64,000 bases of DNA from Lepidodermella squamata. Its lineage: Eukaryota; Animalia; Gastrotricha. Where the stretch lies: assembly GCA_047495785.1 (NCBI GenBank), contig JBLDXI010000009.1, positions 1 to 64,000 of the forward strand, written 5' to 3'. How positions within the stretch are numbered: the first letter of the stretch is position 1; each line of letters starts with the position of its first letter. The notes below the pieces were generated by a model. It was not told the origin of the DNA. It ran no database searches and worked only from the letters and a program-made list of their open reading frames with translations. This document shows, piece after piece, positions 1-12,090 of this stretch. The position numbers and the translations under genes were made by a program.

Positions 1-17
1 ACACATCTCGTGAGAGT
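1..17 (+). other. Sequencing barcode remnant (PacBio bc1003 + T)
   Basis: ACACATCTCGTGAGAGT at the very start of the contig, matching the PacBio barcoded overhang adapter bc1003 as recalled from memory; it recurs at 6216 and 36913. Confidence 0.8.
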
Positions 18-2188
18 GCAACTTGTGATGAAATTTGAAACCTCAAAAAATTAATTTTACACTTCGAAATAGGTCATTTGGCATCGCTCTGGAACCTTTT
101 CGGTCAACGCAACTGGCAAAGTGACTTGATATTCACGATCAGCGGTCCTTGTAGTACTAATTCCGTGAAATATTCATGACTTGGTTCAGGATTGAGCAAC
201 TTGTGATGAAATTTGAAACCTCAAAAAATTAATTTGCAACTTCGAAATAGGTCATTTGGCATCGCACTGGAACCTTTTCGGTCAACGCAACTGGCAAAGT
301 GACTTGATATTCACGATCAGCGGTCCTTGTAGTACTAATTCCGTGAAATATTCATGACTTGGTTCAGGATTGAGCAACTTGTGATGAAATTTGAAACCTC
401 AAAAAATTAATTTTAAACTTTGAAATAGGTCATTTGGCATCGCTCTGGAACCTTTTCGGTCAACGCAACTGGCAAAGTGACTTGATATTCACGATCGGCG
501 GTCCTTGTAGTACTAATTCCGAGAAATATTCATGACTTGGTTCAGGATTGAGCAACTTGTGATGAAATTTGAAACCTCAAAAAATTAATTTTAAACTTTG
601 AAATAGGTCATTTGGCATCGCTCTGGAACCTTTTCGGTCAACGCAACTGGCAAAGTGACTTGATATTCACGATCAGCGGTCCTTGTAGTACTAATTCCGT
701 GAAATATTCATGACTTGGTTCAGGATTGAGCAACTTGTGATGAAATTTGAAACCTCAAAAAATTAATTTTACACTTCGAAATAGGTCATTTGGCATCGCT
801 CTGGAACCTTTTCGGTCAACGCAACTGGCAAAGTGACTTGATATTCACGATCAGCGGTCCTTGTAGTACTAATTCCGTGAAATATTCATGACTTGGTTCA
901 GGATTGAGCAACTTGTGATGAAATTTGAAACCTCAAAAAATTAATTTGCAACTTCGAAATAGGTCATTTGGCATCGCACTGGAACCTTTTCGGTCAACGC
1001 AACTGGCAAAGTGACTTGATATTCACGATCAGCGGTCCTTGTAGTACTAATTCCGTGAAATATTCATGACTTGGTTCAGGATTGAGCAACTTGTGATGAA
1101 ATTTGAAACCTCAAAAAATTAATTTGCAACTTCGAAATAGGTCATTTGGCATCGCACTGGAACCTTTTCGGTCAACGCAACTGGCAAAGTGACTTGATAT
1201 TCACGATCAGCGGTCCTTGTAGTACTAATTCCGTGAAATATTCATGACTTGGTTCAGGATTGAGCAACTTGTGATGAAATTTGAAACCTCAAAAAATTAA
1301 TTTTAAACTTTGAAATAGGTCATTTGGCATCGCTCTGGAACCTTTTCGGTCAACGCAACTGGCAAAGTGACTTGATATTCACGATCGGCGGTCCTTGTAG
1401 TACTAATTCCGAGAAATATTCATGACTTGGTTCAGGATTGAGCAACTTGTGATGAAATTTGAAACCTCAAAAAATTAATTTTAAACTTTGAAATAGGTCA
1501 TTTGGCATCGCTCTGGAACCTTTTCGGTCAACGCAACTGGCAAAGTGACTTGATATTCACGATCAGCGGTCCTTGTAGTACTAATTCCGTGAAATATTCA
1601 TGACTTGGTTCAGGATTGAGCAACTTGTGATGAAATTTGAAACCTCAAAAAATTAATTTTACACTTCGAAATAGGTCATTTGGCATCGCTCTGGAACCTT
1701 TTCGGTCAACGCAACTGGCAAAGTGACTTGATATTCACGATCAGCGGTCCTTGTAGTACTAATTCCGTGAAATATTCATGACTTGGTTCAGGATTGAGCA
1801 ACTTGTGATGAAATTTGAAACCTCAAAAAATTAATTTGCAACTTCGAAATAGGTCATTTGGCATCGCACTGGAACCTTTTCGGTCAACGCAACTGGCAAA
1901 GTGACTTGATATTCACGATCAGCGGTCCTTGTAGTACTAATTCCGTGAAATATTCATGACTTGGTTCAGGATTGAGCAACTTGTGATGAAATTTGAAACC
2001 TCAAAAAATTAATTTTAAACTTTGAAATAGGTCATTTGGCATCGCTCTGGAACCTTTTCGGTCAACGCAACTGGCAAAGTGACTTGATATTCACGATCGG
2101 CGGTCCTTGTAGTACTAATTCCGAGAAATATTCATGACTTGGTTCAGGATTGAGCAACTTGTGATGAAATTTGAAACCTCAAAAAATT
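18..2188 (-). repeat. 178-bp satellite, ~12 monomers, inverted relative to the rest of the array
   Basis: Period 178 (five units = 890 bp); exact reverse complement of ~2367-4537, including the order of variant monomers. Confidence 0.95.
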
Positions 2189-5100
2189 AATTTTTTGAGG
2201 TTTCAAATTTCATCACAAGTTGCTCAATCCTGAACCAAGTCATGAATATTTCACGGAATTAGTACTACAAGGACCGCTGATCGTGAATATCAAGTCACTT
2301 TGCCAGTTGCGTTGACCGAAAAGGTTCCAGAGCGATGCCAAATGACCTATTTCAAAGTTTAAAATTAATTTTTTGAGGTTTCAAATTTCATCACAAGTTG
2401 CTCAATCCTGAACCAAGTCATGAATATTTCTCGGAATTAGTACTACAAGGACCGCCGATCGTGAATATCAAGTCACTTTGCCAGTTGCGTTGACCGAAAA
2501 GGTTCCAGAGCGATGCCAAATGACCTATTTCAAAGTTTAAAATTAATTTTTTGAGGTTTCAAATTTCATCACAAGTTGCTCAATCCTGAACCAAGTCATG
2601 AATATTTCACGGAATTAGTACTACAAGGACCGCTGATCGTGAATATCAAGTCACTTTGCCAGTTGCGTTGACCGAAAAGGTTCCAGTGCGATGCCAAATG
2701 ACCTATTTCGAAGTTGCAAATTAATTTTTTGAGGTTTCAAATTTCATCACAAGTTGCTCAATCCTGAACCAAGTCATGAATATTTCACGGAATTAGTACT
2801 ACAAGGACCGCTGATCGTGAATATCAAGTCACTTTGCCAGTTGCGTTGACCGAAAAGGTTCCAGAGCGATGCCAAATGACCTATTTCGAAGTGTAAAATT
2901 AATTTTTTGAGGTTTCAAATTTCATCACAAGTTGCTCAATCCTGAACCAAGTCATGAATATTTCACGGAATTAGTACTACAAGGACCGCTGATCGTGAAT
3001 ATCAAGTCACTTTGCCAGTTGCGTTGACCGAAAAGGTTCCAGAGCGATGCCAAATGACCTATTTCAAAGTTTAAAATTAATTTTTTGAGGTTTCAAATTT
3101 CATCACAAGTTGCTCAATCCTGAACCAAGTCATGAATATTTCTCGGAATTAGTACTACAAGGACCGCCGATCGTGAATATCAAGTCACTTTGCCAGTTGC
3201 GTTGACCGAAAAGGTTCCAGAGCGATGCCAAATGACCTATTTCAAAGTTTAAAATTAATTTTTTGAGGTTTCAAATTTCATCACAAGTTGCTCAATCCTG
3301 AACCAAGTCATGAATATTTCACGGAATTAGTACTACAAGGACCGCTGATCGTGAATATCAAGTCACTTTGCCAGTTGCGTTGACCGAAAAGGTTCCAGTG
3401 CGATGCCAAATGACCTATTTCGAAGTTGCAAATTAATTTTTTGAGGTTTCAAATTTCATCACAAGTTGCTCAATCCTGAACCAAGTCATGAATATTTCAC
3501 GGAATTAGTACTACAAGGACCGCTGATCGTGAATATCAAGTCACTTTGCCAGTTGCGTTGACCGAAAAGGTTCCAGTGCGATGCCAAATGACCTATTTCG
3601 AAGTTGCAAATTAATTTTTTGAGGTTTCAAATTTCATCACAAGTTGCTCAATCCTGAACCAAGTCATGAATATTTCACGGAATTAGTACTACAAGGACCG
3701 CTGATCGTGAATATCAAGTCACTTTGCCAGTTGCGTTGACCGAAAAGGTTCCAGAGCGATGCCAAATGACCTATTTCGAAGTGTAAAATTAATTTTTTGA
3801 GGTTTCAAATTTCATCACAAGTTGCTCAATCCTGAACCAAGTCATGAATATTTCACGGAATTAGTACTACAAGGACCGCTGATCGTGAATATCAAGTCAC
3901 TTTGCCAGTTGCGTTGACCGAAAAGGTTCCAGAGCGATGCCAAATGACCTATTTCAAAGTTTAAAATTAATTTTTTGAGGTTTCAAATTTCATCACAAGT
4001 TGCTCAATCCTGAACCAAGTCATGAATATTTCTCGGAATTAGTACTACAAGGACCGCCGATCGTGAATATCAAGTCACTTTGCCAGTTGCGTTGACCGAA
4101 AAGGTTCCAGAGCGATGCCAAATGACCTATTTCAAAGTTTAAAATTAATTTTTTGAGGTTTCAAATTTCATCACAAGTTGCTCAATCCTGAACCAAGTCA
4201 TGAATATTTCACGGAATTAGTACTACAAGGACCGCTGATCGTGAATATCAAGTCACTTTGCCAGTTGCGTTGACCGAAAAGGTTCCAGTGCGATGCCAAA
4301 TGACCTATTTCGAAGTTGCAAATTAATTTTTTGAGGTTTCAAATTTCATCACAAGTTGCTCAATCCTGAACCAAGTCATGAATATTTCACGGAATTAGTA
4401 CTACAAGGACCGCTGATCGTGAATATCAAGTCACTTTGCCAGTTGCGTTGACCGAAAAGGTTCCAGAGCGATGCCAAATGACCTATTTCGAAGTGTAAAA
4501 TTAATTTTTTGAGGTTTCAAATTTCATCACAAGTTGCTCAATCCTGAACCAAGTCATGAATATTTCACGGAATTAGTACTACAAGGACCGCTGATCGTGA
4601 ATATCAAGTCACTTTGCCAGTTGCGTTGACCGAAAAGGTTCCAGAGCGATGCCAAATGACCTATTTCAAAGTTTAAAATTAATTTTTTGAGGTTTCAAAT
4701 TTCATCACAAGTTGCTCAATCCTGAACCAAGTCATGAATATTTCTCGGAATTAGTACTACAAGGACCGCCGATCGTGAATATCAAGTCACTTTGCCAGTT
4801 GCGTTGACCGAAAAGGTTCCAGAGCGATGCCAAATGACCTATTTCAAAGTTTAAAATTAATTTTTTGAGGTTTCAAATTTCATCACAAGTTGCTCAATCC
4901 TGAACCAAGTCATGAATATTTCACGGAATTAGTACTACAAGGACCGCTGATCGTGAATATCAAGTCACTTTGCCAGTTGCGTTGACCGAAAAGGTTCCAG
5001 TGCGATGCCAAATGACCTATTTCGAAGTTGCAAATTAATTTTTTGAGGTTTCAAATTTCATCACAAGTTGCTCAATCCTGAACCAAGTCATGAATATTTC

Positions 5101-5251
5101 ACGGAATTAGTACTACAAGGACCGCTGATCGTGAATATCAAGTCACTTTGCCAGTTGCGTTGACCGAAAAGGTTCCAGAGCGATGCCAAATGACCTATTT
5201 CGAAGTGTAAAATTAATTTTTTGAGGTTTCAAATTTCATCACAAGTTGCTC
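2189..5251 (+). repeat. 178-bp satellite block 1 (~17 monomers)
   Basis: Tandem near-identical monomers with four recurrent variants in 4/5-mer higher-order periodicity. Confidence 0.95.
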
Positions 5252-6060
5252 GATGACCGTCTGATATTTAATTTATGACATGGAACTGTTTATATGAGAT
5301 AAAATGATTACGATAATAAATACATTCGACATTTTCAATAAGTCACTAATAAATTATATTATGGGGAAATTTAAATGCTGCACGATAATAAAATAAAGTT
5401 TTTCACGCATGAAATCACGCATTCACGTGATCTTACACACACGCAAAAATTAAGCATGTGGCGCCTGACCTTGCTTGGATAAACGTGGCCTGCTGCCTAT
5501 TTAAGTGCTCAAGCTAGCAGAATAAAATCATTCTTTTGCAAGAGGTAAAAGTCACTGATGAGCTACCCTAGCCAAGTAGCGAAACCGGTCTGATAAAGGC
5601 TACCTCTTAGTTTACGGTTACATTTCATTCATGGTTTATGCAGTTACAATTGCTGGTTTAACTGGTTTAAGCAGTTACAAACGACAACTTTCTTTGGAGT
5701 TTCGGTAATGAACTTGTTTAATTAATGTTTGCGAGTTTATACAGCAGTCCCCCGTGACTATCTAATTATATCGGCGAACCCCTCGTGGTCCTGATATTGA
5801 ATATTATCGGATTAATCTCGCGCGGTTTCCGATCGTTCCATTGTTTGTTCTGATCACTGAGACCACGTTCTCTGGATCGGCTCCCGAGGGAGTAGTGGTA
5901 GGGCCCGGTGTCATTCTCTTCGGAGAATCCCCGGTTTACAGCTCGTCTGTATTAAATCATTACAATAACCCTAACTGATCTTGCCCGTTCGGTACAATGT
6001 ATCACCAAGAAACCAAAGGGGCTGTGAAGGGGAACGAGGTGCTCTTGAGCGAAACCAAAA
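5252..6060 (+). mobile_element. Family-1 pseudo-LTR/3' module, copy 1 (promoter-like motifs, hammerhead, structured region, TAACCCTAAC, 85-bp tail)
   Basis: Unique sequence interrupting the satellite; appears identical to 11282-12090 and nearly identical to 16245-16957; contains a hammerhead core. Confidence 0.85.
5540..5608 (+). ncRNA. Type I hammerhead ribozyme, predicted cleavage after C5590
   Basis: GTCA-CTGATGA-GCTAC(cctagccaa)GTAGC-GAAA-CCG-GTC^TGAT; distal stem AAGAGGTA/TACCTCTT; minimal palindromic stem III (ACCGGT) as in PLE hammerheads. Confidence 0.92.
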
Positions 6061-9000
6061 GACCTATTTCAAAGTTTAAAATTAATTTTTTGAGGTTTCA
6101 AATTTCATCACAAGTTGCTCAATCCTGAACCAAGTCATGAATATTTCACGGAATTAGTACTACAAGGACCGCTGATCGTGAATATCAAGTCACTTTGCCA
6201 GTTGCGTTGACCGAAACACATCTCGTGAGAGTTCAAATGACCTATTTCGAAGTTGCAAATTAATTTTTTGAGGTTTCAAATTTCATCACAAGTTGCTCAA
6301 TCCTGAACCAAGTCATGAATATTTCACGGAATTAGTACTACAAGGACCGCTGATCGTGAATATCAAGTCACTTTGCCAGTTGCGTTGACCGAAAAGGTTC
6401 CAGAGCGATGCCAAATGACCTATTTCAAAGTTTAAAATTAATTTTTTGAGGTTTCAAATTTCATCACAAGTTGCTCAATCCTGAACCAAGTCATGAATAT
6501 TTCTCGGAATTCGTACTACAAGGACCGCTGATCGTGAATATCAAGTCACTTTGCCAGTTGCGTTGACCGAAAAGGTTCCAGAGCGATGCCAAATGACCTA
6601 TTTCGAAGTGTAAAATTAATTTTTTGAGGTTTCAAATTTCATCACAAGTTGCTCAATCCTGAACCAAGTCATGAATATTTCACGGAATTAGTACTACAAG
6701 GACCGCTGATCGTGAATATCAAGTCACTTTGCCAGTTGCGTTGACCGAAAAGGTTCCAGTGCGATGCCAAATGACCTATTTCGAAGTTGCAAATTAATTT
6801 TTTGAGGTTTCAAATTTCATCACAAGTTGCTCAATCCTGAACCAAGTCATGAATATTTCACGGAATTAGTACTACAAGGACCGCTGATCGTGAATATCAA
6901 GTCACTTTGCCAGTTGCGTTGACCGAAAAGGTTCCAGAGCGATGCCAAATGACCTATTTCGAAGTGTAAAATTAATTTTTTGAGGTTTCAAATTTCATCA
7001 CAAGTTGCTCAATCCTGAACCAAGTCATGAATATTTCACGGAATTAGTACTACAAGGACCGCTGATCGTGAATATCAAGTCACTTTGCCAGTTGCGTTGA
7101 CCGAAAAGGTTCCAGAGCGATGCCAAATGACCTATTTCGAAGTTGCAAATTAATTTTTTGAGGTTTCAAATTTCATCACAAGTTGCTCAATCCTGAACCA
7201 AGTCATGAATATCTCTCGGAATTAGTACTACAAGGACCGCCGATCGTGAATATCAAGTCACTTTGCCAGTTGCGTTGACCGAAAAGGTTCCAGAGCGATG
7301 CCAAATGACCTATTTCAAAGTTTAAAATTAATTTTTTGAGGTTTCAAATTTCATCACAAGTTGCTCAATCCTGAACCAAGTCATGAATATTTCTCGGAAT
7401 TAGTACTACAAGGACCGCTGATCGTGAATATCAAGTCACTTTGCCAGTTGCGTTGACCGAAAAGGTTCCAGAGCGATGCCAAATGACCTATTTCGAAGTG
7501 TAAAATTAATTTTTTGAGGTTTCAAATTTCATCACAAGTTGCTCAATCCTGAACCAAGTCATGAATATTTCACGGAATTAGTACTACAAGGACCGCTGAT
7601 CGTGAATATCAAGTCACTTTGCCAGTTGCGTTGACCGAAAAGGTTCCAGAGCGATGCCAAATGACCTATTTCAAAGTTTAAAATTAATTTTTTGAGGTTT
7701 CAAATTTCATCACAAGTTGCTCAATCCTGAACCAAGTCATGAATATTTCTCGGAATTAGTACTACAAGGACCGCCGATCGTGAATATCAAGTCACTTTGC
7801 CAGTTGCGTTGACCGAAAAGGTTCCAGAGCGATGCCAAATGACCTATTTCAAAGTTTAAAATTAATTTTTTGAGGTTTCAAATTTCATCACAAGTTGCTC
7901 AATCCTGAACCAAGTCATGAATATTTCACGGAATTAGTACTACAAGGACCGCTGATCGTGAATATCAAGTCACTTTGCCAGTTGCGTTGACCGAAAAGGT
8001 TCCAGTGCGATGCCAAATGACCTATTTCGAAGTTGCAAATTAATTTTTTGAGGTTTCAAATTTCATCACAAGTTGCTCAATCCTGAACCAAGTCATGAAT
8101 ATTTCACGGAATTAGTACTACAAGGACCGCTGATCGTGAATATCAAGTCACTTTGCCAGTTGCGTTGACCGAAAAGGTTCCAGAGCGATGCCAAATGACC
8201 TATTTCGAAGTGTAAAATTAATTTTTTGAGGTTTCAAATTTCATCACAAGTTGCTCAATCCTGAACCAAGTCATGAATATTTCACGGAATTAGTACTACA
8301 AGGACCGCTGATCGTGAATATCAAGTCACTTTGCCAGTTGCGTTGACCGAAAAGGTTCCAGAGCGATGCCAAATGACCTATTTCAAAGTTTAAAATTAAT
8401 TTTTTGAGGTTTCAAATTTCATCACAAGTTGCTCAATCCTGAACCAAGTCATGAATATTTCTCGGAATTAGTACTACAAGGACCGCCGATCGTGAATATC
8501 AAGTCACTTTGCCAGTTGCGTTGACCGAAAAGGTTCCAGAGCGATGCCAAATGACCTATTTCAAAGTTTAAAATTAATTTTTTGAGGTTTCAAATTTCAT
8601 CACAAGTTGCTCAATCCTGAACCAAGTCATGAATATTTCACGGAATTAGTACTACAAGGACCGCTGATCGTGAATATCAAGTCACTTTGCCAGTTGCGTT
8701 GACCGAAAGGTTCCAGTGCGATGCCAAATGACCTATTTCGAAGTTGCAAATTAATTTTTTGAGGTTTCAAATTTCATCACAAGTTGCTCAATCCTGAACC
8801 AAGTCATGAATATTTCACGGAATTAGTACTACAAGGACCGCTGATCGTGAATATCAAGTCACTTTGCCAGTTGCGTTGACCGAAAAGGTTCCAGTGCGAT
8901 GCCAAATGACCTATTTCGAAGTTGCAAATTAATTTTTTGAGGTTTCAAATTTCATCACAAGTTGCTCAATCCTGAACCAAGTCATGAATATTTCACGGAA

Positions 9001-11281
9001 TTAGTACTACAAGGACCGCTGATCGTGAATATCAAGTCACTTTGCCAGTTGCGTTGACCGAAAAGGTTCCAGAGCGATGCCAAATGACCTATTTCGAAGT
9101 GTAAAATTAATTTTTTGAGGTTTCAAATTTCATCACAAGTTGCTCAATCCTGAACCAAGTCATGAATATTTCACGGAATTAGTACTACAAGGACCGCCGA
9201 TCGTGAATATCAAGTCACTTTGCCAGTTGCGTTGACCGAAAAGGTTCCAGAGCGATGCCAAATGACCTATTTCAAAGTTTAAAATTAATTTTTTGAGGTT
9301 TCAAATTTCATCACAAGTTGCTCAATCCTGAACCAAGTCATGAATATTTCACGGAATTAGTACTACAAGGACCGCTGATCGTGAATATCAAGTCACTTTG
9401 CCAGTTGCGTTGACCGAAAAGGTTCCAGTGCGATGCCAAATGACCTATTTCGAAGTTGCAAATTAATTTTTTGAGGTTTCAAATTTCATCACAAGTTGCT
9501 CAATCCTGAACCAAGTCATGAATATTTCACGGAATTAGTACTACAAGGACCGCTGATCGTGAATATCAAGTCACTTTGCCAGTTGCGTTGACCGAAAAGG
9601 TTCCAGAGCGATGCCAAATGACCTATTTCGAAGTGTAAAATTAATTTTTTGAGGTTTCAAATTTCATCACAAGTTGCTCAATCCTGAACCAAGTCATGAA
9701 TATTTCACGGAATTAGTACTACAAGGACCGCTGATCGTGAATATCAAGTCACTTTGCCAGTTGCGTTGACCGAAAAGGTTCCAGAGCGATGCCAAATGAC
9801 CTATTTCAAAGTTTAAAATTAATTTTTTGAGGTTTCAAATTTCATCACAAGTTGCTCAATCCTGAACCAAGTCATGAATATTTCTCGGAATTAGTACTAC
9901 AAGGACCGCCGATCGTGAATATCAAGTCACTTTGCCAGTTGCGTTGACCGAAAAGGTTCCAGAGCGATGCCAAATGACCTATTTCAAAGTTTAAAATTAA
10001 TTTTTTGAGGTTTCAAATTTCATCACAAGTTGCTCAATCCTGAACCAAGTCATGAATATTTCACGGAATTAGTACTACAAGGACCGCTGATCGTGAATAT
10101 CAAGTCACTTTGCCAGTTGCGTTGACCGAAAAGGTTCCAGTGCGATGCCAAATGACCTATTTCGAAGTTGCAAATTAATTTTTTGAGGTTTCAAATTTCA
10201 TCACAAGTTGCTCAATCCTGAACCAAGTCATGAATATTTCACGGAATTAGTACTACAAGGACCGCTGATCGTGAATATCAAGTCACTTTGCCAGTTGCGT
10301 TGACCGAAAAGGTTCCAGTGCGATGCCAAATGACCTATTTCGAAGTTGCAAATTAATTTTTTGAGGTTTCAAATTTCATCACAAGTTGCTCAATCCTGAA
10401 CCAAGTCATGAATATTTCACGGAATTAGTACTACAAGGACCGCTGATCGTGAATATCAAGTCACTTTGCCAGTTGCGTTGACCGAAAAGGTTCCAGAGCG
10501 ATGCCAAATGACCTATTTCGAAGTGTAAAATTAATTTTTTGAGGTTTCAAATTTCATCACAAGTTGCTCAATCCTGAACCAAGTCATGAATATTTCACGG
10601 AATTAGTACTACAAGGACCGCTGATCGTGAATATCAAGTCACTTTGCCAGTTGCGTTGACCGAAAAGGTTCCAGAGCGATGCCAAATGACCTATTTCAAA
10701 GTTTAAAATTAATTTTTTGAGGTTTCAAATTTCATCACAAGTTGCTCAATCCTGAACCAAGTCATGAATATTTCTCGGAATTAGTACTACAAGGACCGCC
10801 GATCGTGAATATCAAGTCACTTTGCCAGTTGCGTTGACCGAAAAGGTTCCAGAGCGATGCCAAATGACCTATTTCAAAGTTTAAAATTAATTTTTTGAGG
10901 TTTCAAATTTCATCACAAGTTGCTCAATCCTGAACCAAGTCATGAATATTTCACGGAATTAGTACTACAAGGACCGCTGATCGTGAATATCAAGTCACTT
11001 TGCCAGTTGCGTTGACCGAAAAGGTTCCAGTGCGATGCCAAATGACCTATTTCGAAGTTGCAAATTAATTTTTTGAGGTTTCAAATTTCATCACAAGTTG
11101 CTCAATCCTGAACCAAGTCATGAATATTTCACGGAATTAGTACTACAAGGACCGCTGATCGTGAATATCAAGTCACTTTGCCAGTTGCGTTGACCGAAAA
11201 GGTTCCAGAGCGATGCCAAATGACCTATTTCGAAGTGTAAAATTAATTTTTTGAGGTTTCAAATTTCATCACAAGTTGCTC
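6061..11281 (+). repeat. 178-bp satellite block 2 (~29 monomers)
   Basis: Same monomer; one 1-nt deletion near 8707; barcode overwrite at 6216-6232. Confidence 0.95.
6216..6232 (+). other. Barcode bc1003 replacing satellite sequence
   Basis: The equivalent position at 12246 reads AAGGTTCCAGTGCGATG; here a same-length barcode sits in its place. Confidence 0.8.
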
Positions 11282-12090
11282 GATGACCGTCTGATATTTA
11301 ATTTATGACATGGAACTGTTTATATGAGATAAAATGATTACGATAATAAATACATTCGACATTTTCAATAAGTCACTAATAAATTATATTATGGGGAAAT
11401 TTAAATGCTGCACGATAATAAAATAAAGTTTTTCACGCATGAAATCACGCATTCACGTGATCTTACACACACGCAAAAATTAAGCATGTGGCGCCTGACC
11501 TTGCTTGGATAAACGTGGCCTGCTGCCTATTTAAGTGCTCAAGCTAGCAGAATAAAATCATTCTTTTGCAAGAGGTAAAAGTCACTGATGAGCTACCCTA
11601 GCCAAGTAGCGAAACCGGTCTGATAAAGGCTACCTCTTAGTTTACGGTTACATTTCATTCATGGTTTATGCAGTTACAATTGCTGGTTTAACTGGTTTAA
11701 GCAGTTACAAACGACAACTTTCTTTGGAGTTTCGGTAATGAACTTGTTTAATTAATGTTTGCGAGTTTATACAGCAGTCCCCCGTGACTATCTAATTATA
11801 TCGGCGAACCCCTCGTGGTCCTGATATTGAATATTATCGGATTAATCTCGCGCGGTTTCCGATCGTTCCATTGTTTGTTCTGATCACTGAGACCACGTTC
11901 TCTGGATCGGCTCCCGAGGGAGTAGTGGTAGGGCCCGGTGTCATTCTCTTCGGAGAATCCCCGGTTTACAGCTCGTCTGTATTAAATCATTACAATAACC
12001 CTAACTGATCTTGCCCGTTCGGTACAATGTATCACCAAGAAACCAAAGGGGCTGTGAAGGGGAACGAGGTGCTCTTGAGCGAAACCAAAA
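11282..12090 (+). mobile_element. Family-1 pseudo-LTR/3' module, copy 2
   Basis: Direct repeat of 5252-6060 at +6030 bp. Confidence 0.85.
11570..11638 (+). ncRNA. Type I hammerhead ribozyme, cleavage after C11620
   Basis: Identical to 5540-5608. Confidence 0.92.
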
